A stretch of 64,000 nt of DNA from Lingula anatina (Eukaryota; Animalia; Brachiopoda), in assembly GCA_051362555.1 (NCBI GenBank), contig JBPQGU010000016.1:6076001-6140000 (forward strand), in the 5' to 3' direction. This document shows positions 39,701-50,031 of this stretch, one piece after another. Position 1 is the stretch's first letter, and each line of letters begins with the position of its first letter. The notes beneath the pieces were generated by a model, which ran no database searches, had not been told where the DNA came from, and was given only the letters and a program-made list of their open reading frames with translations. The translations under genes were made by a program, and so were the position numbers.

Positions 39701-39853
39701 AAAGTGTAAAGATCTTAGATGCTCCTACCCCGCAGAGGATTGTATTAAACAGAGAGGGATTTATTAAGTGTGATGTTAGCGGCAGGCCTAGCCCCAGAGT
39801 TAAATGGGACTTCCAGCAGACAGACAGGAATACCACAGTGGGGATTACTTCAA
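39701..39853 (+). CDS. NCAM/Fasciclin-II-like gene, exon 4 (Ig2 N-half)
   Basis: ttcAG acceptor, phase 1. SVKILDAPTPQRIVLNREGFIKCDVSGRPSPRVKW resembles NCAM Ig2 NAPTPQ..IVCDV. A|GTATGT donor, phase 1. Confidence 0.9.
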
Positions 39854-40895
39854 GTATGTAGATAAATCCACATGCACTCTAAACTTAAATCTTGAACCAT
39901 TACAGCATCAAGTTTATAACATTTGTCTTGCATTTAAAGTAAAAAAAATTGAAGAGAAAGTAAAAATTTTGAGATTTTTCATATTGATGCATCTTCGCCA
40001 TCTTCTTCAAACACGTGTTTGGCAAAAAAAAAAAAAAAAAAAAAAAAAATGCCCTCCTAAGTGGACAGAAGGTCAACACTGATGAATTACTTGCTTTTTA
40101 TGTACAGACACAGGTGTGTCTGCACATATTGCCATTACCTGCATCTGTCGTCGCCGTTGCCGTGCACTTTCAGCTTAAACACAATAAGTGGAAGACAGTT
40201 TTATTTTTTGGCTTTATATTTATACAGCTGATGAATATTCATAAAACGCAGGTCAAGTTCGAAAATCAGCATGATCGGGCCATTGTAAAAGTTATGCTGT
40301 TTTTTCACTTTTCAGCATATATACAACACTGTAAACACGTTTCAAGGAAAACTGAAAGGCCTGTTGTCATGAAACTCACAGAAGTAATCAGTCTTACTAA
40401 AACACAGGTGAAGTAAGAAAATTGGTATGATCGTGTAAGTATTGCGATAGATGTGCGGACCAGCACAATGGAAGTCTAGGGAGCGGCCGATGCCCTTTTG
40501 TTCGCTAACCTGGGGCTTGGTGCGTCTACTGACGTCAAGGGTGGCCAGATCCCCTTGATTAGTGAAACCAATATTTTATTGGTCACTAAAATTCCTTTGT
40601 TTTTAGTCTCATCCGCTGATTTCGCATTTTTGGTCTTTAACGTAGAGCAGTATACAGTAGTAAATTTATCATCGAAGAAGAACGGAGGAAAATTAGAGTA
40701 AACGAGCCAGCGAAACAGAATAGAAAGATAGACGGAGTGAGGGCCAAATTGTATGAGCGGACTCCATTTAGGTGTTTCATTTATCACGGAAATAATTCAA
40801 TACAGATTCTGGAAACTAACTGAGACTTGTGTTTTATTTCTGTGACTAGATTTATCCCGATCATTGACAAAATAATAATAAGCCCGGCTACATTT

Positions 40896-40913
40896 TGGGG
40901 GCTCGTCCGGGAT
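40896..40913 (+). promoter_or_regulatory. Primer binding site, tRNA-Pro
   Basis: TGGGGGCTCGTCCGGGAT, complementary to the tRNA-Pro 3' end, 3 nt after the LTR. Confidence 0.9.
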
Positions 40914-40975
40914 TTCTCATCTCATTATTATTTTTGCCAAGTATTCAGTCTATTGGGGACTTCTAACCAGAAATT

Positions 40976-41974
40976 ATGGCAGAATCAGATATGGAGGAGA
41001 AGTACAAAGCGATGATCAAAGATACCGAACGTCGTCACCAAGAGGAAATGAAACACCTAAAGACGGAGTTTCAAGAAATGATGAGGGAGGTGAGCAGTAC
41101 CAGTAGGAGTACCAAGACTTCACTCCGCAAAGAGTTTAAAATACATGGTGTTATTGATACCAAAAATGGACTACCATTTTCAAGCCTGGCCCGCCAAATC
41201 GAAAATGGCCTCCAAAAGGGCTATGAGGAAGTCGAAATAGTAGACGGTATAATTCGGGCAGTACCCACCAGCTGCGGCCTTCGTAACTACCTAGAGGGGC
41301 GGCAGGGCCTTCGACTGACGAAGATCCGCCACATATTGAGGTCGTATTATAAAGAGAAATCAGCAACAGAATTATTTGCGGAGCTGGGACAGTTGGTTCA
41401 GCAGCCTACTGAAGAAACAACCAACTTTCTTCTACGGGCCCTGGACGTGAGACAGAAGATCCTATTCGCTTCTCGAGAGTCCGACGCATGTGTCACTTTT
41501 ACAGACGTCCAGGTGGATAATCTCTTCAAGAGGGGGTTCGAAACTGGGCTAAGGAGTGACAGCATCAGGGGAGAAGTTAAGAAGATCCTTGAGGTCAGAG
41601 CCTTCGACGAGGAGGCACTGATTGAAGAAATTAGTGTGCTCACCAAAAGGGAGGAGGAGCGAGCTTCCAAGATGGCAAAAGATAGACGAACGAGAGGGGC
41701 CGCAGTAGTAGGTGAAAACACCGGAAGGGAGGATAAGCCCGGAAGGGAGGATACCCTGGCAGCGGAGGTAAAACAATTAAGGGCCGAGATTGCGGAGCTG
41801 AAAAGGAACATGACCAAACAGCCGTCCGAACCAAAGAAATTACTGGGATGCAGAGCCTGTCAACAGGCGAAGCGAAAGTGTAATCACTGTTGGGATTGTG
41901 GGAGTTCCGATCACTTCCGTGCTGGGTGCAGGCAGGGAAACGGGAGAGAGTCGTCTCAGGGGGGACGCAGATGA
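40976..41974 (+). CDS. gag: Gypsy Gag
   Basis: Intact 332-aa ORF after the PBS, with a C-terminal CRAC..CNHCWDCGSSDHFRAGC zinc knuckle. Confidence 0.9.
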   Translation: MAESDMEEKYKAMIKDTERRHQEEMKHLKTEFQEMMREVSSTSRSTKTSLRKEFKIHGVIDTKNGLPFSSLARQIENGLQKGYEEVEIVDGIIRAVPTSCGLRNYLEGRQGLRLTKIRHILRSYYKEKSATELFAELGQLVQQPTEETTNFLLRALDVRQKILFASRESDACVTFTDVQVDNLFKRGFETGLRSDSIRGEVKKILEVRAFDEEALIEEISVLTKREEERASKMAKDRRTRGAAVVGENTGREDKPGREDTLAAEVKQLRAEIAELKRNMTKQPSEPKKLLGCRACQQAKRKCNHCWDCGSSDHFRAGCRQGNGRESSQGGRR

Positions 41975-44900
41975 CTCCGCCACCGGATGTCCCCAACAGA
42001 CTGTCAGTAAATGAATTGAAGGGGGAAGTGACTGGATTAAGTCCAGGGAACAGACTCCAATTGGTCAACCTTGTGGGCAGAGAATGTGTACTGAAAGTAA
42101 ACCTGGCTGACCGACCAGTGGACATTCTCTGGGACACCGGAGCACAGGTTAGTCTTGTGGACATGTCAACGCTACAATTACTTGGTTTACCAGCAGGTGC
42201 TGTGAAGCCCCTGGATGAGGTCTATGCACCAGTGCGCCTCGCCTCTGCCAGTGGGGAGGAGATTCCATATCAAGGTTATGTGAATTTACCACTTTGTTTT
42301 GGAGATGGGGCCCCAGTTCAAGTCCCTTTTCTAGTAGTGGATAGTGTGTCCTTACCCAGACCTATTCTTGGGTTTAATGTTATTGAATCTCTATGTGCGT
42401 TAAACGGGCAGCAGAAGTTTTCCCAGACATTTAGCAACATTTGCAAGGATGTTGAAGTGGATGGTGGACGTCTCGCCCAGGTGCTTGCTGACAACAAGAG
42501 GGGAATGGTCTGTCGTGTGACTGTGGGATCCCAGAAGTTAATCATACCTCCTAACAGTTCAAGGGTGATAAAAACCAAACCACGGACCGGGGTCTTGTCC
42601 ACTGAGAACTTTCGTTGTCTCTTCGTGCCTCAGGAAAATTTCATAGACCAGGGTCTCTTTAGTGAAAGTCTGATTGATGTTCAGCACCCATCTCATGTCC
42701 GGATAGCAGTGTCTAACAATAGTTCCAGGAAAGTAATAATACCAAAGAAAACCACGATTGGGCAGCTACACATGGTTAACTCGGTGGTGCCAGTAGGGGA
42801 ACCAGGTTTGGATGAAGCTACAACGCATGAGGAAGCAGAAAAGAGCTCATTGGCGGTTGACTGGTCCCTGTTTTCCAGCCAAGAAAAGGAGAAGATTCAA
42901 GAATTACTTAGGAAACACCATGAGGTCTTCGCAAAGAGTGAAGATGACATAGGATGCATACCAGATTTAAAGTTAAGCATTCACCTAACCGACAAGGTTC
43001 CTGTCTGAATAGCCTACCAATCCATTCCTCAAGCTCTTTATGACAAAGTCAAAGATTACCTACAAAATCTCATGTCAAAAGGTTTTGTGCGTAAGTCTAC
43101 ATCGGCCTATGCAAGCCCTTTAGTTTGTGCACAAAAGAAAGATGGAACCCTGCGACTATGTGTGGATTATCGCAAGGTGAATGAGAAGTCTGTAGCTGAC
43201 AGTCGGCCCTTACCCAAGATTCAGGATGCTCTGGATGGATTAGGGGGAAGCTGTTGGTTTTCGGTACTGGACCAAGGAAAAGCATACCACCAGGGAATGG
43301 TGGCCGAAGAGTCCAAGCCCTACACAGCATTCATCACACCTTGGGGTCTCTATGAGTGGGAGTGCATCCCGTTTGGGCTTTCAGGAGCTCTAGCCGCATT
43401 CCAGAATTTTATGAATGAATGTCTGGAAGGGTTACGCGACAAAATTTGTCTACCATATTTGGATGACATATTGGTGTATTCAAAGAGTTTCTCGGAGCAC
43501 ATTCAACATTTGGAGCAGGTGTTCCAGAGGTTGAGAGAGAAGGGTGTCAAGTTGAAGCCAGCTAAGTGTTTACTATTCCGAAGAGAAGTCAGATACTTGG
43601 GTCACTTGGTCACCTCAGAAGGGTACACACTTGACCCAGAAGACAAAACCGCAGTTAGGAAGCTGAAGGAGCAGAAGCCGACAAACGTGGGCGAAGTGCG
43701 TCAGATGCTGGGATTTTTAGGGTACTATCGCAAGTTTATACCAGATTTCGCCAGACGGGCAAAAATCTTATATGATTTGTTAAAGGTTGAGAAGAGTCCA
43801 GGTGGTAAGCCAGAAAAGAAGAAGAAGAAGCCGATGAAAGGTCAGCCATCTCCAGCACAGCAGGTTGCATGGACAACTCGACACAAAGAAGCTTTATCTG
43901 ATTTGGTTGACTGTCTATTATCACCACCTGTGATGGCTTATCCAGAGTTCGATAAACCATTCTCACTGCATGTAGATGCTTCAGTGGAAGGGCTAGGTGC
44001 CATCCTGTATCAAGAAGGAGCTGACGCCAAGTCTCGAGTTGTCGCCTATGCCTCGCGTACCCTGAGTCCAGCAGAACAGAACTATCATTTCCACTCTGGA
44101 AAGCTAGAGTTCCTGGCACTGAAGTGGGCAGTCACAGAGCGGTTTAGAGACTATCTATACTACGCCCCTCATTTCACTGTTTATAGTGATAACAACCCGT
44201 TAAGCTACATCTTAACTACCCCTCGTTTAGATGTCACCAGGCTTCGTTGGGTCGGCGAACTATCAGACTTCACGTTCACTGTCAAATACAAGCCTGGTTT
44301 ATTGAACCGAGACGCTGATGGGTTGAGTAGAATGCCTCTTGATTTTAATCAAGTGATGAGGCAATGCACTGAAGAGAGTGACCCCACCGAAGTGCAGGCC
44401 GTGGCTAAGATGGTGACCGTTCGTAGTCAAGAGGATTCTCCATTCATTCCTACAGCAGTAAATGTGAACATGGTATGCAACGATAGAGACTGGCTACCAG
44501 AGTATCTGCACCATCAGTCCACAGGGGAAGTCCAGAGGATATCCAAAACATCTTTGAGAATTGCTCAAGAGCAAGATAGCTGTATAGGTCCGGTGAAAAG
44601 ACAGGTAGAATTAGGTGAAAAACCCAATCGCAAGTCCACTAAACATTTACCTTCGGAATCTAAGACCTTACTCCGAGGATGGGAAAAATTGACAGTTGGC
44701 GAAGATGGCATTTTAAGACGAGTGACTCAGTGTACATCAGGAACAAGACGACACCAGGTGGTACTTCCTAAGGAATTCCATCAAATTGTCATTGAAGAGT
44801 TGCACGTAAAACATGGTCACTTAGGAACAGACAAAGTCTTGTCTCTTGCCCAGGACCGCTTTTACTGGCCCCACATGGCAGGATATATCGACCACTTCGT

Positions 44901-46269
44901 GAAACACCAGTGTAAATGTTTGAAGGACAAAGCACCAAGCCGAAAACCTGTGGCACCACTGCAACCCATTGAAACAACATATCCATTTGAAATGATATCC
45001 ATTGACTTTCTTCATCTAGAAACTTGCAAGGGGGGATACCAGTACATCCTGGTTGTGGTGGACCATTTTACCCGATTCGCAGCCGCTTATGCCACCACAA
45101 ACAAGTCGGGGTGAACTGCTGCAGATAAAATTTTCAACGACTATGTTCTCCGGTTTGGTTTTCCCAACAGAATCCACCACGATCAAGGTCGCGAGTTTGA
45201 AAATGAGTTTTTCCAGCGTTTACAACACCTAACCAATGTGAAGTCCTCGAGGACTACGCCATACCATCCTCAAGGGAATGGACAGTGTGAGAGGATGAAC
45301 CGCACGTTACTGGGTATGTTGAGGACCATGAGTCAGCAGCACAAGAGTGATTGGAAGAATCATCTGAACAAGATGACTCATGCCTATAATTGCACCAAGA
45401 ATGACAGCACAGGGTACTCACCGTTCTTCCTGGTGTTTGGTAGACGACCATGGTTGCCCATCGATCTCATTTTCGGAGTAGAGGGAGAACCTCACTACAC
45501 ATCCAAGAGTGAGTACGTGAAGAAATGGGCAGCGCGTATGGAAGATGCGTACCAGATCGCTGGGCAAAAAGCCAAGAAACAGGGGGAAGTTGCTCGGAAA
45601 TATTATAATCAAAAGCCAGCAAGTGCCGCACTGTTACCAGGTGACCATGTTCTGGTAAGGAACCTTACTGAATGTGGAGGGCCAGGGAAGTTGCGATCTT
45701 ACTGGGAAGAAGAGGTGCACGTTGTCGCCAGATGGATTAACGACTCGCCGGTGTACGAAGTACGTTCAGAACGAGGAAACGGGAAGATATGGCGACTGCA
45801 TCGGAATTTGTTACTGCAATGTAATGAACTTCCGCTTTCCTGCCCAGTTGCGAAACGCCCCCGACTCAAAAGGATGACGCCACAGAAGCAACGACCACAA
45901 CTATCTCCTTCTTCACACTCAGACGACTCCGACTCAGATGACTTTACTCTGGTTAAGAGGACACAGCCTAGTATCACTGCCGCACCGGCAAGTACACTGA
46001 ATCCAGTGGCTGAGCCTTTCGTGCCAGTTCCGGAACTTGAACATTCTGAAAACTTTCTAGAAACGGAAGAGTCGGGACCGGACGTAAATGAACAATCGGA
46101 AGATGAAGAACAGACACCGGAGACTAGTGGTGAGATTAGCAGACGCCCTAAACGAGTAGTGAAACCACCAGAAAGACTCACATACGACAAAATGGGAGGT
46201 CCAAACCACTACGCAGGAATGATGCAAATTCTAGCGACGGGAATTAGGCTCTGGCGTCCTTGGGCATAG
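41890..46269 (+). pseudogene. pol: Gypsy Pol with two in-frame TGA stops
   Basis: One reading frame: LWDTGAQVS protease, YLDD RT, RNase H (VDAS, LEFLAL), HHCC + DDE integrase. Stops at 43006-43008 and 45112-45114. Confidence 0.93.
41935..41994 (+). promoter_or_regulatory. -1 ribosomal frameshift signal
   Basis: G GGA AAC in the gag frame, a 6-nt spacer and a predicted H-type pseudoknot. pol lies in the -1 frame. Confidence 0.8.
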
Positions 46270-48087
46270 GAGGACGTGGACATTCTCGTACTAACGTTGA
46301 TGGACAGCATTAGAAAAAAAACTATCTTGGGAACATTACCTCTGCTCGCTAGGAGTGTGACAGTATCTAGGCAGATAACGGGAGCACCAGTAGGTGCGTT
46401 ATTAGAAATCTGATCAATTTCTAATCCTTTCATAGGCATTTTATGCAATAACTCTGCCAATGATGGTACGTTCCATAAAAGGAAGTTCCTGGAAAGTGTG
46501 TATAATTTAGTTGACTTTATTTAGCTAGGGTAGGTTTGTAATTTAGTAAATGTATAATTAATTGTTAGAAATGTTGGGGCAACATTTTGTTTTCGGGGGG
46601 GAGAATGTAAGTATTGCGATAAATGTGCGGACCAGCACAATGGAAGTCTAGGGAGCGGCTGATGCCCTTTTGTTCGCTAACCTGGGGCTTGGTGCGTCTA
46701 CTGACGTCAAGGGTGGCCAGATCCCCTTTTGGCATTTTCAAGGTGTGACTTTGAAGTTCCATGGGCCTGAAGACCTTTGCTAGTCACATTATTAAAAATT
46801 GATGGTCATCATGCTGTTAAACATTATGTAATATTGCATCAAAATTTGAAGAAACCCCTATTTTGGGTACTGCTCCCATGATGACCATTTAAGGAAAACC
46901 ATGTCACTAACTGTTCTCAAACTTACAGGAAAGAAACATGGGACTTAAATACAGCTTCAGTAGGCAATGCAGTCTGTTTGGTAATTCTTTCTGGCAGTTA
47001 AACAATTTTTTGTGAAAATGTATATTTTCACATATTGGCATTTTCAAGGTATGATCGACTTAGGACCCCCGGGGGCTTGAAGACCCATGCTAGTCACATT
47101 TTCTGAAAATGCATGATACGTAAATTTTATTATTAAAAATTGATGATCATTATGCTTTAAGCATTATGTAATATTGCATCAAAATAGAAGAAAAAATTTT
47201 GGGTGCTGCTGCCATGATGACCATTATGGGAAAACCACGTTACTTAAAAACTTTCATAAAGGAAACACAGGACTAAAATGCAGCCTGAGTTGGAAAAGCA
47301 GTCTAATTGGCTTCTTTTTCTGGAAGTTATACATTTTAGTGAAATATTCATTTTTATCGTGTTGGCATATTCATTGTGGGACTTAGAGGGCTCATGGACA
47401 TGAAGGCGAATGGTAATCAAATTTTCTACATTTCCATGCTATTTATAGTCAGTAATCAAAAATTGGTGATAATTATTCTGTAATTTATTATGTACTGTTA
47501 CATCAAAATTGACAAAAATTATTTTTGCATTGCTACTACAAACATTATGAAAAGAAAACTGTGTTACTTATTATTATTATTTTTCACTTACAAGTATGAT
47601 TTTAAGGATTGGCATGCAGTTCAAATTAGATAGCCAGATCAACTGGGTGATCATTTATTATTGAATTTATGCAATTTTGTGTGAAATTTTCATTTTTCTC
47701 ATTCTGGCATTTTCAAAGTGTGAGCTTGAACTCCCATGGGCCTGAAGCCTTATGCTTGTTACACATTTTACTGACATTGGTAATACCTGTTGAGCATAAT
47801 TAAAATTTGATGTTGAATTTGCAGTTAAGCATAATGTACTTTTGCATTAGAATTGACAGTAGCCTATTTTGTGCATTGTTATTTTCTGCTCTTTGTCTGT
47901 ACATTTGACAGCTTTGCTGCCTTGTTTTATCTTGTAATAGAGTAAAATAATGATTTTGGTTGAAAGTTACAAATTTTAATTTGACAAACAAGTTAAATTT
48001 GCTCCTTAGGACAACCTCATTGTTATCAGACAACCCAGAAAGTTACATGACTGGAAAAAGTAATCTTAAAATCTGTTATTTGAGTAG

Positions 48088-48225
48088 GTCCCAAGTATCA
48101 ATTTGAGAAGGGTGGGCTGCGCATCACCAATGTGACGTCTCAAGATGAAGGGATTTATATTTGTAAGGCTTTTCAGCAAACACTGGCTGAGTTTGACTCC
48201 AGGAGAATATCTGTGGAAGTTGTTG
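48088..48225 (+). CDS. NCAM/Fasciclin-II-like gene, exon 5 (Ig2 C-half)
   Basis: Not in the ORF track. tAG acceptor, phase 1. PKYQFEKGGLRITNVTSQDEGIYICKAFQQTLAEFDSRRISVEVV, then G|GTGAGT donor. Confidence 0.9.
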
Positions 48226-48537
48226 GTGAGTATGATGTTCATTTCTTTTAAAAGTATTTTTTTCAATCTGAACTTTACATCTAACTCCAAAAGTTATGGA
48301 AAGGTCACAAATGGACTAACTCAAAAGTGATTTTGGAGGTTATCTATATCACCTTCTGAATCCAATAAATTTTTTAAGGATTCTTCACCAGTGTGAGATA
48401 GGGCCAGTGACCTTATTCAATGGCTCAAGAACCACAGGTCTGCAGCATGCTTGAGTACTTTTCCAGTTGTATATTATACTGTGGAAAAATCTGACCTGGT
48501 TATGGTAGAGTGCGCTATTCGAGCTCATATTTTCATT

Positions 48538-50031
48538 CATTGTACCACCAGCGTAGGCGTTGGCAGTACCCATAGTTTTAGTCCTGGCCCGCCTGTTCTG
48601 CCGGCTCTGCTGGCTCCGCCACCATGTTACCATTATCACTTCTCCTAGACAACAACAGTGTACCCATCTCTTGGATTTAGGTCGCTTATAATCTCAACTC
48701 GATCCACGTAAAATTTGGGCTTTGTTGGCTTTGTTGGGATCTAGGTGTGGCACTCATTGTAATGCACCCTTGTCCAAAATTTGCAAAATTAAATGCTAAA
48801 TATATCCCAAACCGAAGGAATTATGGGAAAAATTTCTACAGATGGCTGACAGTAAGTCATATGTGGAGATTTCAAATATGCCCTTGAATTTGACCTTTGA
48901 CCTTTATTTCAAGGTGAAACAGGCCAAATTTGTCTAAAAGTGGGAATTTTTTACGAAAAAAAAATTTTTTTGCACCGATATTCAAAAACTACACAGACCT
49001 CACCTATGATATTATTGGCAGGTGTTAGCATTAGGGTCCTCTTTCATCTCCATGAGTTTAAGGTCAATCAGTGCCTTCTCACAGGAGCAGCGGCCATTAG
49101 ATGCCGAAACTGAAAACTCTCTCCAATTATGGAACCGTAAATGCTAGAGACCTCTTTTTATGTACAGACGCAGTCTGCAGCTAGCTGTCAGTTGCGTCTG
49201 TCGTCGCCGTAGTCGCCATTGCCGTGCACTCAGCAATAACACGATAAGTGGTATACCATTTTACTTTTTGTATTTAAACTTACAGAACTGATGAATATTC
49301 ATAATACGCAGGTCAAGTTCGAAAATCAGCATGCTCGGGCCAATTTTACGGAAGTTATGCTGTTTTTTCACTTTTTTCAACATTTTGCAATACTGATAAA
49401 ATGATAAGTGAAAAAACGTTTTACCTTTTGGCTTGAAACTTACAGAACTGATAAATATTCATAATACACAGGTCAAGTTCGTAAATCAGCATGATCGGGC
49501 CATTTTTATGGAAGTTATGCTGTTTTTTCACATTTCCTCAGATTCAATTCTTAGGCATGTTAACAGTCTCATTGTTGAACTAATACGATACGTAAAAGTG
49601 TTTGTTTGACATTTCCTGCATCTTTACAACATCGTTAGTTGATTATGTAAAAATGATGGTAAACTTGTCAAAAATGGAAATAAACTCATATCATTGCCGT
49701 TTTTCAGATTCAATCATTCACTATGCTCAGAATCTCAGAATGGAGGAAATTGGACATTTAACACTGTTGTATTGATATTTTCCCCATCTCATCAAATTTC
49801 TTAGTTGATCATATAAAAATGGCAGTAAACAGTTTATTTTGTTTTATGTGAAAAAAGTGTTAAAAATGGAAATAAACCCATTTTAGAACAGTGCTGTCTT
49901 GTTTACATTTTGGCATTTTCAAGGTGTGACTTTGAAGTTCCATGGGCCTGAAGACCTTTGCTAGTCACATTTTCTTAATATCCGTGATCCTAATATTTTA
50001 TTATTAAAATTGATGGTCATTATGCTGTTAA
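48538..50031 (+). mobile_element. HINE-C 5' part (to ~49155) with nested, truncated HINE-A
   Basis: Matches 31164-31800, then TTTATGTACAGAC... The HINE-A body is cut at TTAA 50028-50031. Confidence 0.7.

Larger units (their letters stand above)
40434..46728 (+). mobile_element. Ty3/Gypsy LTR retrotransposon with truncated 3' LTR
   Basis: 5' LTR TG..CA at 40434-40892, PBS, gag, pol (PR-RT-RH-IN order), PPT 46595-46605 and a 3' LTR fragment at 46606-46728. Confidence 0.95.
40096..47927 (+). mobile_element. HINE-A interrupted by the Gypsy element
   Basis: 5' part 40096-40433. 3' part 46729-47927 ends TGTCTGTACATTTGACAGCTTTGCTGCCTTGTT. Confidence 0.75.

Noticed and set aside
43006-45114. Programmed readthrough or selenocysteine at the two pol TGA codons
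   Set aside because: Both fit CGA-to-TGA decay at Arg-compatible positions, alongside many similar transitions.
41398-46190. Antisense ORFs over Gypsy gag/pol (and over the LINE ORFs)
   Set aside because: Shadow frames of long coding sequences, with no motifs.
45830-46269. Possible env or chromodomain after the integrase
   Set aside because: Low-complexity acidic/Pro-rich tail with no TM segment, signal peptide or aromatic-cage pattern.
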